Below are positions 1 to 13,202 of a stretch of DNA of 64,000 nt, one piece after another (positions within the stretch are counted from its first letter, which is position 1; every line of letters starts with the position of its first letter). The notes beneath the pieces were generated by a model. The model ran no database searches. It was not told the DNA's origin and saw only the letters and a list, made by a program, of their open reading frames with translations. Origin of the DNA: Macrostomum lignano (lineage: Eukaryota). A program made the translations under genes and the position numbers. The stretch is from NCBI GenBank assembly GCA_002269645.1, contig NIVC01003734.1:1-64000 (forward strand), written 5' to 3'.

Positions 1-695
1 TTTGATTTTGAGCTGGCAGATTTGGTTTAGAACTAACAGATTTGATTTTGAGCTGGCAGATTTGATTTAGAACTGGCAGATTTGATTTTGAGACTGCAGA
101 TTTGATTTAGAACTGGCAGATTTGATTTTGAACTGGTAGATTTGATTTTGAGCTGGCAGATTTGATTTAGAACTGGCAGATTTGATTTTGAGCTGGCAGA
201 TTTGATTTAGAACCGGCAGATTTGATTTTGAACTGGCAGATTTGATTTTGAGCTGGCAGATTTGATTTAGAACCGGCAGATTTGATTTTGAACTGGCAGA
301 TTTGAGTTAGAACTGGCAAATTTGATTTTGAACTAGCAGATTTGATTTTGAACTAGCAGATTTGATTTTGAACTGGCAGATTTGATTTAGAACTAATTGG
401 CAGATTTGATTTTGAACTGGCAGATTTGATTTTGAGCTGGCAGATTTGATTTAGAACTGGCAGATTTGATTTTGAACTGGCAAATTTTATTTTGAACTGG
501 CGGAATTGATTTCGAACTGGCAGATTTGATTTTGAGCTGGCAGATTTGAGTTAGAACTGGCAAATTTGATTTTGAACTAGCAGATTTGATTTAGAACTAA
601 TTGGCAGATTTGATTTTGAACTGGCAGATTTGATTTAGAACTAATTGGCAGATTTGATTTTGAACTGGCAGAATTGATTTTGAACTGGCAAATTT
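1..695. repeat. ~20-bp tandem satellite (TTTGATTTTGAACTGGCAGA), truncated by window start
   Basis: About 34 near-identical 20-bp units visible directly. Confidence 0.95.
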
Positions 696-1363
696 AATTA
701 TGAAAAAATTTATTTCCTAATAAAATAAATTCTGCTTGAGAAGTCAGTTTGATTTGGAGACATCGATTTTGTTCGAAAAATAAGTAATGAATTTCATGTA
801 TCCGTCTTTTGCATGCATGCATTGATTGCCTCAGAAAGTTTTATTTTTAAAATCCCCAACCAGAAAAAACCAGTCACCGCTTCCGTCTACTCATTGGCTG
901 CCACTCCCTAAAATGCTGTCATTGCTACTTAAACAAGTAGGCTAGTAGCATGATGCGCACATGACACTAAAATTGAGGCGAGTTTTTGGAGAAATAGCAC
1001 AGGTTTTAAGCTAAGCAAAACGGACAGCAAGCCTCTGCTTATCTACAAAATACGATCGATATAAAGTTACAGTATTGCCTCTCGCTGCTGTCCTCAGGCA
1101 GAGATAAGACATGCCTTATCAGTGCCAGGCCGCTAGTTCACGAAGTCTTATTTTTACCTTTATTGGTCTGATCTTACAAAATCACGTGAGCCCAGCGTGT
1201 CCGCCAGACTGTTAGGTCAGGTTTAGAACCAACTGGGCTTATTGCGCAGCTCTTGTGTTCGCTGCATATTGCACTTTTGTCCCCTCCTTTAACAATTATC
1301 AAAGCTGTGAATCAGATACGCAGAATGGCCTGTGTGCTGCCATGCCTGGGGTCTGGCCCGAAG

Positions 1364-4300
1364 TGAGTCACATCACATGACTGGCATTAGGGCTGGTTGA
1401 ATTTGTCGGAATTGGCGCGCATTATTGAGGCTATGCAGTGTGGACTAGGCCACTCTGCCCCTCCCCCCATTGCCCATTGTGCTTGGCAAGCATTCCAGCT
1501 ATTTACTATGCGCTAGGCGCAGTCAGCATCAACGATTCAATGGCCTGCCTTTCATTCTGGCTCCCATTATCCTGCTCCACTGCTTTAGGCTAAGGCTAAA
1601 TTCTAGCATGACGTTATAAATGCCTTCATATGCTTCATATGGGCTTATTTTAGGCTACAGGGGCTTAGCGTGCGCAATTTACAGTCAGCTCCCAAGCACT
1701 CTAATAGAAATGCCAGCTTGCCCGCACAATAGTAAACCCACTGACTCAGTTGTTGCCCCAGCCGAGCCTGTCGCCCTCCTATTGGCTGGCCGCCGTCGCC
1801 CATGACGATCTGCCTCCCCCCTCTATCCCTCTATCTACCCTCTCGTGGGGCACAGGGGCGATGCTAAAAATAGCCTCGAGTCATAGTTGGCTTGGCTAAA
1901 ATTAGCCGTGCCAGAATAAAACTGGTTCAGCTGCCCCCCGGCCCAAGTCCAAGTCGCGGCTCTGTAGAATCGCAAACGAAGCGGCTTGCAAAGCGTTGAC
2001 GCAATTTCGTGTGCAAGAATAACCGATATATTTAGTTGGATCTACTTAGTCCAACGGGGTCACGAAAGCCAAACTGGACTCCTCTTTAGCTTAAGGATCT
2101 GCGGATCGCCCCATTCCCCAAGCCAAACTGCATTTACTCCTCCAAGCCACAATCATTCGCTCTCAAAGACAAGATTTCACCTAATTCTCACCGGGCCGAA
2201 CTCAACTGAGCATGGTGCTGTGCCGCAAAAACCGTCCATGTGGTCTCAAGTTTAGCGGCGGAGGCGGCGGCGGCAGCGGCGGCTGCACCGGTGGCCAGGC
2301 CACGGCCCCGGTGGTCAGCCAGCAGCTGCCGGCCGGCTGCGGCCTGCAGGCTCACCTGGCTGCTAAGCAGGGCTCGAACCAACGCCTTTCAGGCAGCGGC
2401 TTGCACGAGTTCCATTCTTTGGCCGGCAAGCAGCAGTCGACGGCGAACGGCAACAGCGAGGACTGCGACGACGAGGCCGCTATGGAAACGGCTCAGCTGC
2501 CCAACGTGGGCCCAACCTGCGTGCTGCCCCATCTGTACATTGGCTCGCAGGCTGATGCCCTGGACGCTGAGGTCATGCAGCGCTTCGGCATCACGCACGT
2601 CATCAACGTGAGCATCTCCTGTCCGCAGTCGCAGCACGTGCCAGACAGCAACTTCCTGCGGATCCCGGTTAACGACGGCTACACAGATAAACTGCTGCCG
2701 CACTTCCAGCGGGCTTTCAGCTTTCTCGGTGAGTTCAGTTCGGGAGGAGCCGCTCGCACGCTCGGGCGCGGGGGGGAGATTTTGGACATTTTAAGCGAGA
2801 CGAAGACTTCAAATTCATTTTTCTAAGAAATAAAGCGCCCTCGCTTAGCGAATTCTCACAGCCATAGGAAACATGAAGTAGCAGTGAAAATCTGCTAATT
2901 CTCTCTACAGGCTTCCATTCAGAGATTTTTTATATCGCTGATATTGCGCGAATGACGCGCACCGCTTGGCAATCGGTGACTCATTTGGTCAGTGGTGCAG
3001 AGCTAGGCTGCGTTTGACCTTTGCGCAATCAAATTCCCAATATTTTATTGCAAGCCCGGCCGGCCCGCCCTGCCCCGGCCATTAGCGGCCTGCCGATGGG
3101 GCGGGCTGAATGCCGATGCAGGGCGTCGCTGAGTCACCGCGGGCCTGCAGTTCCGCCGGACCGCATGGGCCAGGGCGGGATCCTCAGATCCGTCATTGTT
3201 TTACCCACACCAGCCTCTTGCTAGGGTTACTAAGGAGATTTTCTTTCTCTCTAACTCAGAACGCGTGCGCGAGTCCTCCGGCCGCTGCCTGGTCCACTGC
3301 TTGGCAGGCATCTCCCGGTCGCCGACTCTCTCCATTGCCTACATCATGAAGCACAGGTGCATGAGCCAGGATGAGGCGTACAGGTATGCGTCATTTCTCA
3401 TTTCTCACCGTCATTTTTCGAATGCGATTTAATTGACAGGCCCATTGCAATTTTGCCCGCCAACCATCCCGATGCTCTGGCAGATTCGTAAAACAACGCC
3501 GGCGCCACATCTCGCCAAACTTCAACTTCCTTGGCCAGCTGCTCGAATTCGAGCGCCAGCTCAGGCGCTCAGGCGAAGCGGCGGCCGCGGGGGAGCGGCC
3601 CGAGGCGAAGCGTCAGCGGACCAGCGACCGCAGCCCCACCAGCGCACTCTCGCAGCTCAGCTTCGGCGTCTTGCCCACCGTTGGCAGCGAAATCATGGTC
3701 AGACGGCCGAGGAGCGTCCTCATCCAGGGCGATGGCTTCGTCGGCGGCGGCATCAGCGGCCCCATCTGGGAGCAGCCTGTCCGGCGGAGCCGGTCCTCCG
3801 ACGCCTTCCTGGACCTCGAAGACGAGGCTGTCCGGTCCTGCGAGGAAACGGCTGTAGGCCCGGTGGCCTGCCTGTCCTAGCGGGCTCTTCTTCCAGAGGC
3901 AGGAAACAGAAATCTTCCTGGCGAACTCCCGAACTCTCCGCTTGCGCTGTGCCTGTGCGAACCTGAACTCCCCTGTACGGTACGAAGGCCGCCCTTCCCG
4001 CCTTGCATGGCATTCGCAACGCCTGTTACTGCAGTCCCCAGTGTGTCTGTTCCGTTGTCATGCTTTATCCCCGTCTGCCTTTGAATCCTGCGCGTTCTCT
4101 CTACGGCTGGGCCCTGCACCCGACGATCCCCCGCCCCGCTGCGAGAGTTTTGGCTCGAAGGCATTGCGGCAGTTGCGCTTTCCAAATGAAATAATTGAAT
4201 GCACACTTAAGCTTCGAAACTTGTTCTGAAGATACCTGGCGAATAAAGTGCCACGCATTCAGACCTTGCTTCACACCGCAGATGTACTTTTATGCTTAAC

Positions 4301-5064
4301 CAGAAATCCGCTGGTGCCAGTCGAGCCAGACCTCCCCAGCCCCGGTTTATCCCTCGCCTGTACAGTGAATGGTGCAGGTAAACTGTTGGGTGCAGGTGGG
4401 GAACTGCTTTTATTGTCTGTACAAAGCTCATTAAGCTGCACCCGGCTGCACTACAGAAGCATTGCTGTGCCATCAGAACTGTCGTCTGCTGCCCTGGCTG
4501 CAGTGCCAACGAACTCCTCGCTACAATATATTGATAATTCTAATTCTAAAAAAGCAGTTATCACTAAGCATATGAAACGTTTCTGCTGTTAGTCGTCGAT
4601 TTAGTTCACTCTTTGGTAGTTCTGACTCTTACGAGCGTATGACAGTAGATTTTCTATAAAGCGCTCCATATTGGCGTGGGTCGCAGCTCACTTAAAAATA
4701 ATCGATTAACTGTCAATCTTGAGAACTTTTCGCCCCCCGGCCCCCCAAGGTAAAATGCTTGAGCATGTCTAACTATGGCAGACCTCTGCAGAGCTGGGGC
4801 ATCGTCAAACTGTATGCTGAGGCAACCCTCTAGTTTAAGGTGGGTCAAAGTTGGGTCAGGGCCGATACTTTACACCATGCCAGCAATTGTGAGTCACGGC
4901 GCCTGTAAAACTGAGTCATTTCGGCTAGCTCAAGGTGCGGAGGAACCTCTTACACTATGCTAGATGTAACATGTAACACACGAGGCCAGACATTGTGGCA
5001 GAGAATTTTCGAATGCTGCACTGCCGCAACAGTTGCCGATTTCTCGCAGGCGGAGAATGAGTCA
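1364..5064. promoter_or_regulatory. Cluster of AP-1 (TGA[C/G]TCA) sites plus MEF2-like sites around the DUSP gene
   Basis: Perfect sites at 1364, 1742, 2977, 3130, 4890, 4912, 5058; CTAAAAATAG near 1864 and CTAAAATTAG near 1896. Confidence 0.55.
2212..3880 (+). CDS. Dual-specificity MAPK phosphatase (DUSP8/16, puckered-like), 3 exons
   Basis: Exons 2212-2728, 3260-3383, 3484-3880 with GT-AG and consistent phases (1, 2). Motifs LPHLYIGS, IPVND, VHCLAGISRS, AYIM, R..ISPNFNFLGQL. Further upstream exons cannot be excluded. Confidence 0.92.
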
Positions 5065-5433
5065 CCCTGAGCAGCCCACAGTTGTCTTTTGTCTGAGAAG
5101 GCAGTCAGAGTAAAGTTTTGTGGAGAAACCACTGGTTAAACCAAACGGGACCTGTGTGAGAAACAAGAATTCTTGATAGCTTCTCAACTGTCGTTCTGAG
5201 TAGTTTGCCAAGCAATCAGTGATTGTGTCAAATTCTGCATAATCGCACAGCTGTTGCGCTTTAAACAACTCGAACAGCGCCCTGTAACCCTGCCCCCAGT
5301 GAGCAGTGCTCGATCTATACTGCTGGAAATTTCTGTCATGAACTAGCCTCGGCAGGTATGAATGTAGTGCAGGCGCACCTGAGGTAATGGAAAACTGTAA
5401 AAATAGAATAGAAGTACTTGAAAAAAGAGACAT
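5062..5433 (-). CDS. Possible small protein of unknown function
   Basis: 123-codon non-repetitive ORF with a polypyrimidine-CAG acceptor near its 5' end and a possible micro-exon (ATG CGA AGG|gtatgt) near 5470-5480; no recognisable domain. Confidence 0.25.
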   Translation of the reverse strand: MSLFSSTSILFLQFSITSGAPALHSYLPRLVHDRNFQQYRSSTAHWGQGYRALFELFKAQQLCDYAEFDTITDCLANYSERQLRSYQEFLFLTQVPFGLTSGFSTKLYSDCLLRQKTTVGCSG

Positions 5434-6393
5434 TGTGCAAGAGCCACAGATACTAGGTGAAACATACCCTTCGCATTCCGTGTATGTTACTTGTAGTAGA
5501 AATGCGGCGCTGTTCTGTTTAAAAGTAGGCGAGTTTATTTAATAGACAAGCTGAACAGAAATCAAATTTGAACTGCGAGGACGAATTTCGCCGTTGCGTC
5601 AACCAGTAGGGAAGCGGATCGCCTCTGCGGCTTGTGTGAGAGCTGCGCAATCATTGGAGACTGGCGCCCAGCTGCATCGCCGGCACGAGCTACTCTCCAT
5701 CATCAGCTCTGGTCAGCCAGCCATAGAGATTAGCAATCAGGCTGGGCAAACAAATCGCGGTCGTGGCTCCGGACACTGCGCAAACACACCGGTCTAGGTC
5801 AGGCCGCCTCGTCTCAAGGGGCTCAAATTTGCTCCCGGAAGGAGCTCGGGGGGGGGGCGGCGAGGAGGCTGCAGCGATCCGCCCGATGTCCAGCGGTGGA
5901 TTTCTGACCCTGAAATTTGCCCTAAGTTAAGATCGAGACAGCCGCCCACTCTGTTTCATGCGGGAGTTCCCAGCCTCCCAGAATGCAGGCGGATATTTTT
6001 GCTGCTGAGACACCGGCAATATTTGCACCCCATCAGCCTCTCCTCAGTAGGAAGTGCAGCCGGATCAAATGAGAGGGGAGCGGCGTATCGGAGCCGAAAC
6101 CTGAGCTCCGTGTCTACTCACTTCTTTTTCTGCTTCACCTTCAAGCTGCTTTCCAGCTATCTGCTCAGCCACTTGCCCTCTCCCTCACCAGCTGCTTCTC
6201 ATCCCCATCTGCGATTGGCTGCGGCAGCAAATTGACTCTGCGATGCACATGGGAGGAGGCGGACGGACTGCGATGCAGGGAAAAGCTCTCGAGCCGGGAC
6301 TAAGCTGCTCGAGCTTGAGTTTCAGCTGAGGTGTAATTAGCCACATCCAGCAGCTAGAAACGGAACTCCGAGTAGCATTGAGCGAAATCTGTC

Positions 6394-9300
6394 ATGCAGC
6401 GTCAAGACATCGCAATCGTGGTCCTCTGCTCGCTCCTCGGCTTTTTTGTCTGCGCTGGGATCCTCGCCTTTTTCTGCTGGCGTCGGCGAATTACTTCGAA
6501 GTTCGGGCCGCTGCTCTGCAAGGAGTCTGGCCGAGCTGACAGCAGCGGCTGTGGTGCCAGCGGTCGCAGCGGAGGCGGGGGCTATCGGACTTTCTACTCG
6601 TGGCGGCGCCGCTCGCTCTCGGGCAGCACCGAGACGGAGGGTCTCTCGGAAGGGGCAGCTGGCGTTCCTTCGAGCTCGGCGACGACGGAATCCCCGCTGC
6701 ATCTGACGGCAGGGCGAAGCAACGAGTGCCCAGCGACGCTGTCTGGCGAAGGTGCCATGAGGTACCTGCGCCGTCAGCGCCGCTCTTCGTCCTTCAACGA
6801 TCTGCACCGGCCAACGGATGGCGACGCTCGCCGCGAGGAAGCTGCTTGGGCCGAGTTCGGCCTCGACCCGGCGCTGTACTTGTCCGACGAGGCCGCGCAC
6901 GAGACGTCCCTGGGCAAGCTGTGCGTCTGCCTGGACTGGCTGCCCGCCAGGGCGCTGCTGATCGTCACCGTGGTGAGCGCTCGCTGCCTCGTGCGTTGCA
7001 CGCCGCGCAACACCGGATTTTTCTACGTGACCCTCCGGCTGAGCGGGCCTCACGGCGACGGTCACAAGCGCAGCACCCACGCTGTCTGCGCCGCCTGCAA
7101 CCCCCGTTTCGACAGGCAGTTCAGCCTCCCCTGCCAGCCGGACCAGCTGAGCCAGGCCGGTCTGCTTCTCAAAGTCAAGGAGAAAGTTACGGTGGGCAAG
7201 CCTCGCCTAATCGGAAGCTGTATCCTGCAGCTGGGCTCCCTCGGTGACCTCACGCGAAAGGAGATTTGGCGAGACCTGCAGCCGGAGGTGAGCCCCAGTC
7301 CCCATACGTCTCTCTTATCTTCTCATCCCAGTTTCGCATCCCCAGTCGAAAAAGCCCCTGCTGTAATTTTTTATCCTCTGCTAACTCACGAGTCGCGAGT
7401 TGCCGCCTCAGCTGCTCCCCTCAGTCTGCACTTTAAAGCGTTTCAAAAAATCTTTTTTACAGGTCTGGCATCGGGCAGAAAGCAGGGGTAAAAAGGTGAG
7501 GAACTGCTGGATGGGGAAGCCAAACTGAAGCAGAAGCCGCGAGTAGCCTCAGGCGGAAAGTTACCCCCCTCCTGCCGGCCCCGCCCCCCCCCCCCGATGG
7601 ATCGTACGCGTTGCAGCAGTCAACTACTCTGTCCTGCATCCCCTTTCATTTATGAATTCGCAGAGGAGGCTCGGCAGGGGATTTCGTGACTGAATGAGCT
7701 GAATGGGAGGCGAAAGCCGGCATTAAAAGGAAAGAGCGGGGTGGATTCCTGACGAACTGAAGAACAAATGGAGTGGGCGGATCCACGACTCCGAGAACGG
7801 GCTTGAGCGGGGGGCACCGCCTCTCTGCGCCCCCAAGAGCGGTTTGGGAAAAAACGAAAATCGATGCTGCTCTCAGCCCGCCTTTGTCTCAAAGGGCGTT
7901 CACTCATCGCACAGGTGCTTTGCCAGCGGCCTCTGATCGCCTTTGATTGTCGCTTTACGGTCAATCACTGCTGAAAGGCTATTTTCATCGTTAGACATTT
8001 TCACGAATAGTTCATTACTTTGAAACGGCCGTACAAGGGAACAGGGGGTGGCTTCGAAATTCAGGACGCTAAGCCTCACGTGGGATGAGGGGCTTTTGGA
8101 CGTCAAAAAATCCGCAATCTGTATGGAACTAACTGGGCTGCATAATTTCACTGCGGCACTTGACAGTTCAGCGGCCTAATTTTCCCTGCTAATGGGTGGC
8201 CATGTTTTTCGTAGATAAGAGCTGCTTGCTTGCTCAAAGAGGAAATTTTTCTGTTTTGCCTGGGAATTTTTAATTACTGAGCTCTGCTGGCTGAGCTCAT
8301 CCGATGCATCTTTTTACAGAGTCAGATTTCGAGGCGTCCCAGGCGCGGGGATTTTGGGACACTGTTATGTCCGTGATTTGTTTCTGCCCACATCTGTAGC
8401 CTTATTGACATGCCTTCATTGGCAACATGCTCGCTCTCCGCTTCCACAGACATGCCTGCGTGCTGCATCTCAGGTTTTGGTCTCTCTCACTCTCTCGTTG
8501 TCTTAGGACGCAGGGAGCAATATTTCTCTAGCCTCCCAAGCTTTTGTGCAAATTTATCTTTAAAGACACGCGCAACTAATGCGGGACGTCGCCTTCCGAA
8601 ATCCCCTCAGCAACCGCCCAGCGGCCCTCCAGCGCGAATTCACATGTCCCTGAGCTACAGCGGATCGCGTCGCATTCTCCTGGTTGGTCTGCTCGAGTGC
8701 CGCGATCTCAAGGTCAAGGACACCGACTGTGAGTGATGATGGCAGCTGGGTTTTCCCAGTCTGGGCCGGTGTCGGTGCAGATTTATGCAGTCGGTTTCGA
8801 AAACAGTATCGCAATATTTGAGCTGGCAGTCACAAAGCATTTGGCTCTGGCGACTCAGCCAAGCGAAATGGCGGGAAGTGAGCTCGCCCATTGCGCTTGT
8901 CCAGCCGACTAGAAAAAGTCCTGTCACTACCCAACCCCAGCTCATAAACAATGACTCGAGCTTTGATTAAGGAAGGCGGTCCGTCAGGAGATCCCAGACT
9001 AGGGAAAGGGACGTGAGCGCATCCGCTTCGCATATCCTGGAAAACTGAAGCTTACTCACGTGGGCAAAATAGCGGGCACAGAAGATATTTTGCTGCAACA
9101 GAACGCCTCTATAAATTTGCATCCCGCAGCGGCCGTGTACCTCAGGGCCAGCATCATGGCCAAGGAGCGGACTGTCAAGACAAAGAAGACCCCGCTAATT
9201 AAAGAGGCCCTGGCCAGCCCCAGCATTCGAGAGGAGCTCGCCTTCCAACTGGCGCAGGATGTCACGGATGAAGTCTACTTGTTCGTGCTGATCTGCGCCA

Positions 9301-9443
9301 AATCGAAGCGAGGCTCGCACCGCCTGCTCGGCAAGACGGTGGTCGGGCCCGTCCGCTACGCCCAGGGCAGCGGCGTCGACCAGTGGAACGACTGCTTCCG
9401 TAACCAGCCGAGCATCGTTTACCAGTGGCACGACGTCTACTGA
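6394..9443 (+). CDS. Atypical synaptotagmin-like protein (N-terminal TM helix, tandem C2 domains), 3 exons
   Basis: Exons 6394-7287, 8611-8728, 9130-9443 (phases 0, 1). TM IAIVVLCSLLGFFVCAGILAFFCW followed by RRR; C2A LGKLCVCLDW...NPRFDRQF...EIWRDL; C2B IHMSLSY...LLGK; C-terminal WHDVY resembles the synaptotagmin WHxL motif. Confidence 0.85.
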
Positions 9444-10234
9444 GGGCCTGCACAAGGCGTCTATAAGAACATGTACTAGGAAATTTCTTTAGAAAGATTT
9501 ACTAAAATTATTGATGTCGTGCGTCCCCCAGCTGCAGAGAACTGGAATAATCGGGTCTGCGCGTCTTGAATCGAAAAAATAAATTTGCACTGGCCGCTTC
9601 GGATCTAAGTCGGAATTTTCATGCTCCCAGGGGATCTGAGAAAATTATTAGAGAAAATAGAGGGCGGGTCTGTCTGGCGATCATCTATTTTATGTCCTGG
9701 CAGAGCCGTGCTACGGGGCGCCTTTCTGGTTAATAATTGAAGTTTCGTGACCTTAGAGACGCTGCATCTGCGCGCCTGCAGCTCTTCAAGGCGGAAATGC
9801 GCGGGCATGCGCCGGGGCGATTCAACGGCTCGGCCACGCTGACCATGGCACTTGGCCACAGTAATTAGGCCCCTCTCGAGCCTTTGTGAATATGGGGCGC
9901 CTTTCAATCACTGTGACCGGTCAGTTCCGACCAAGCACGCGTGTGCAGACATGCTTGCAGAGTTCCATTTTTAATCTGGCATTATTCTTTGCCTGAATCT
10001 GTATAATTAATAAAAGCAGAATGGCGCTTGAGATCGAGCAGCATTGCTACTCAATATCTCGCGCGTGCATCTTTTCAAAAGTATATTCCATAGCATCCTT
10101 CACTCCGTTAGGTGTTGGTAATGCCAGACAGGGCCTGTCTGGAGCGGCAGAACTAAAGTGTGAAAAATAATAATTGAAAAGGCAAGGAAAGTAAAGTGCA
10201 TAGTGCATAGTGCATGAGTAAGCAAAGCTGATTC

Positions 10235-11564
10235 TCAAGAATCCGGGAGCTTGTCCACCTCAATATTCTTGATTTTGTTGTTCTTCAACCAACCCTCGAA
10301 GTAGTAGCCTTCCTCAGTGACTCCTCTCTGCTGAAACCAGTCTTTGTCACCGCGCATATACTTCAGCGTAATTGCGCCAAAATCGGTTTGGCCTTTGGCA
10401 AATTTCTGTGAGAGTTGTGACGAAAGAAACCAGAATGAGCAGTGTAACAATTAAGCCAAATTACATATTACAATTACATTACTGTTGTGAATCGAACTGG
10501 CTGGATTGAAACGCTCTACATTTGTCCGCCGTCACTGTCTATAGTCAAAACAAATTTCAGCCCTCCATCAGCCAGTCTACATCAATACGTATATCATAGA
10601 ACTGCACTCGACCATAGACAATAAAACCAATCAACTGTGGAAGCTCGCATCCAATCTGCACTCTCACAGACTGCAAGTTGAGGCTCTTCTCTGTGGTTTA
10701 AAGACAATCAAGTAGAGAATTTCAAAGCAAGTATTCCGACCACAGACCTTGATTTTTACACCTGGGGCCTATTTCATAAAGCACTTGTCGGACAAATTAC
10801 AAGTGACAAGGGACAATTCCACAAAATAATGCGTTTCATAAAAACAAGCTACAACTTGACAATCTACAAGTTACAAGTGACAAGTGATAAGCGAAATTTG
10901 ACAAATTACAAGCGCTTCTTAAGGGGTTTCGTCCATAGAAATGCACAAAGCTGGATGCTTCTGTGTGAAAATACTTCCTCTTGTCTTGTGTTTTTGACAA
11001 GTCGCTGTGACACTTGTAGCTTTATTGAAACTGTGTATTAAAGTCCAAGAAAGGCCGTTTTTAAATCAAGTCTGTCTAAAACACAGATCCTAAAATTGTG
11101 GTAGGTGGTCTAAAGGCTGGATCAATTTTTTATGGTGTCTCAACCATAGACATAAAATTGAGTTATTTTTAACACGAGTATGGACCTATGTTGTCATTTG
11201 TCGACTTGTCACTTGTGACTTGATAGCTTTTTTATGAAATAGGCCCCTGGTGCTAATTTCCAATGGAATTATCCACTTGATTTACTTTACTGCAATGCTA
11301 CGAGCTCTGCTATACCCATCCTCAGATGAATTTTTAGTTTACTCAAACTCGGTTCTAAACGTGGCACCGGAAAGTCACACGAAAGCTTACGGAGTTGCAG
11401 GCTTGGCACTCCATTACGTATGAGTAATCGTACTGGAAAGGATCGTAGCAGCCGTCCTTCATCATGTAGAGTCGCACCTGATCCTCGGGATGAGAACATT
11501 TGGCTGACGGCGGCGGACTTGGCTGAGAGTCTGACTTCATGCTGATCTGGTATTGGCGATACAT
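10235..11564 (-). CDS. Uncharacterised 114-aa protein, paralog A (CSHP...CxxC), 2 exons
   Basis: Exons 11564-11391 and 10405-10235 (phase 0, gtaagc/cacag). Both exons have a diverged homologous copy at 12263-13467 with the same intron position. Confidence 0.75.
10765..11245. mobile_element. PIF/Harbinger-like MITE in intron of paralog A
   Basis: 16-bp perfect TIR GGGCCTATTTCATAAA, CTG target duplication (10762-10764, 11246-11248), subterminal ACAAGTGACAAG-type repeats. Confidence 0.8.
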
Positions 11565-12738
11565 TTTTGATGAGCCACGGTGAGAAAGTGCTGCAAAATG
11601 TCCAACTATGCTCTCGGTGCACTGCTGCCTGGACTATACAATGCTCTTATAAAGCTGCTACATTGCCTTCATCCAACAGATAGGCTATATGTATTCAAGT
11701 GTACTCTGGGCTAGATTTAGGAAACTGTACAGTAGGCAGGGCTGCGTAGACAACAATAAGGTTGGGGGGGGGGTAAACCTGTACAGGTAGCCATGACTAC
11801 AGCTTTCTCAGGTGTCCACCGCGCGTCCAATTACTTGCACTAAAAGCAGGGAGAGTGGAACCCACTTAAAGAGCTGTGTCTGGGTCCGAGTGTGCTAGAG
11901 GGGAAGATTTTGAAGAGCTCATAGTGCATCGGTGTTCTACGTAGTGTTCTGCGTAGGTGCTGATGGCAATTCGCCCGGCTGCTGTGTGCCATGCTGGCAC
12001 GGCTGCAAGGCTGTGACTGCTCTTAAAGTGCTCTTTGGGCATCTATGAGCGCCCCGGGGGTCTTGTCTGGCTCGTGTATTTAGCGATCGATAAGCATCTT
12101 GGGGTGTAAAGTTATACCACGTTAGATTGATTTTGCGCGCAAGATGATTGGCTGTTGGGTAAGAGGGTGTACATTGCACATGTGAAAGGACATGTTAGCA
12201 GTGAATAGCGATATATTTATATTTCATCGAAACCAATCACAGCATTTATAACGCGGAGAAATTCAAGACTCCGGCAGCTTATATACTTCATCGTAGTGGA
12301 TTTTGTACTCCTCCAGCCAGGCCATGAAGAAGTAGTCATTGTTGGTGACGCCCCGCTGCTGGAACCAGTCCTGCTCGCCGCGAATCAGCCGCAGGTAAAT
12401 GCCGCCGTTATCTGACGGGCCTCTGGCGAAAGTCTGCGCGAATTGACAGAAAGAGTGAGAGGGCTTGAGTCGGATTCAGGGACCGTAAGGAGTGCTTCAT
12501 TTTAAGGGCGAATTATGAAAAATCAGCCGGTTTAACTACGAGCAGTTGAACCCACTTTATTAACTGCAGGACGGCAGGGCCCGAGCGGAAGCCAAATTTT
12601 CTTCAACTTCTTCAACAACTGATGAGTGCCAGCTTCCTCTTATAGCTAAGTGTAGTTCTTGGTTGGAATCAAATTTGAGCACTTTTTTATACGTGGTTTG
12701 AGAGCTCCTAATTAAGCTAGCTGCTCAAATGGGGTGAA

Positions 12739-13202
12739 CAGGACGTTGCCATGAATTTTATGGTGGGGGAACAAGGCCAAGAATTCATAGCAAACATCTT
12801 TGTCCATGACAATTTTACTCGAATAAGGTGATTTATAAAACTGAAGAAGGAATTGATTCTTATTAAGAAAATGTGCTTTTTTTAATTGTTTTATATGAAT
12901 ATTTTTGCTCCTTGCCTATCGCGCGCCCCGAAGGGGGGCACTAGATTGCTAGTACGCTCGTACATGATTAAATTCATACATGTCCATCATTTTAAGAATC
13001 GGTGTTGTCAGTGATCATTTTGGCGCCGCAGGCACTCATTTTAGCGCCGCAGGCACTATATTTTGGCGCATTGAAGAAAAATTATTGATTTCCCCAACAA
13101 GTTACAAGGTGGAGTGGGGGGACAAAGCATTGACATGTCCCCCAATAACTTTTACTGGGGGGGGGGCATGCCCTCTGTTACCCCCCGGTGGCGACGCCCC
13201 TG
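12739..13202. mobile_element. hAT-like MITE in intron of paralog B
   Basis: Imperfect TIRs CAGGACGTTGCCA / CAGGGGCGTCGCCA; 8-bp TSD GGGGTGAA / GTGGTGAA (7/8). Confidence 0.6.
12781..12952 (+). mobile_element. Helitron 3' fragment nested in the hAT-like MITE
   Basis: Reverse-complement similarity to 21067-21230; ends in hairpin GCGCCCCGAAGGGGGGCAC then TAGATTG-CTAG|T. Confidence 0.6.

Noticed and set aside
1620-2255. Short ORFs upstream of the DUSP
   Set aside because: No domain or coding-like codon bias; the region looks like promoter/UTR.
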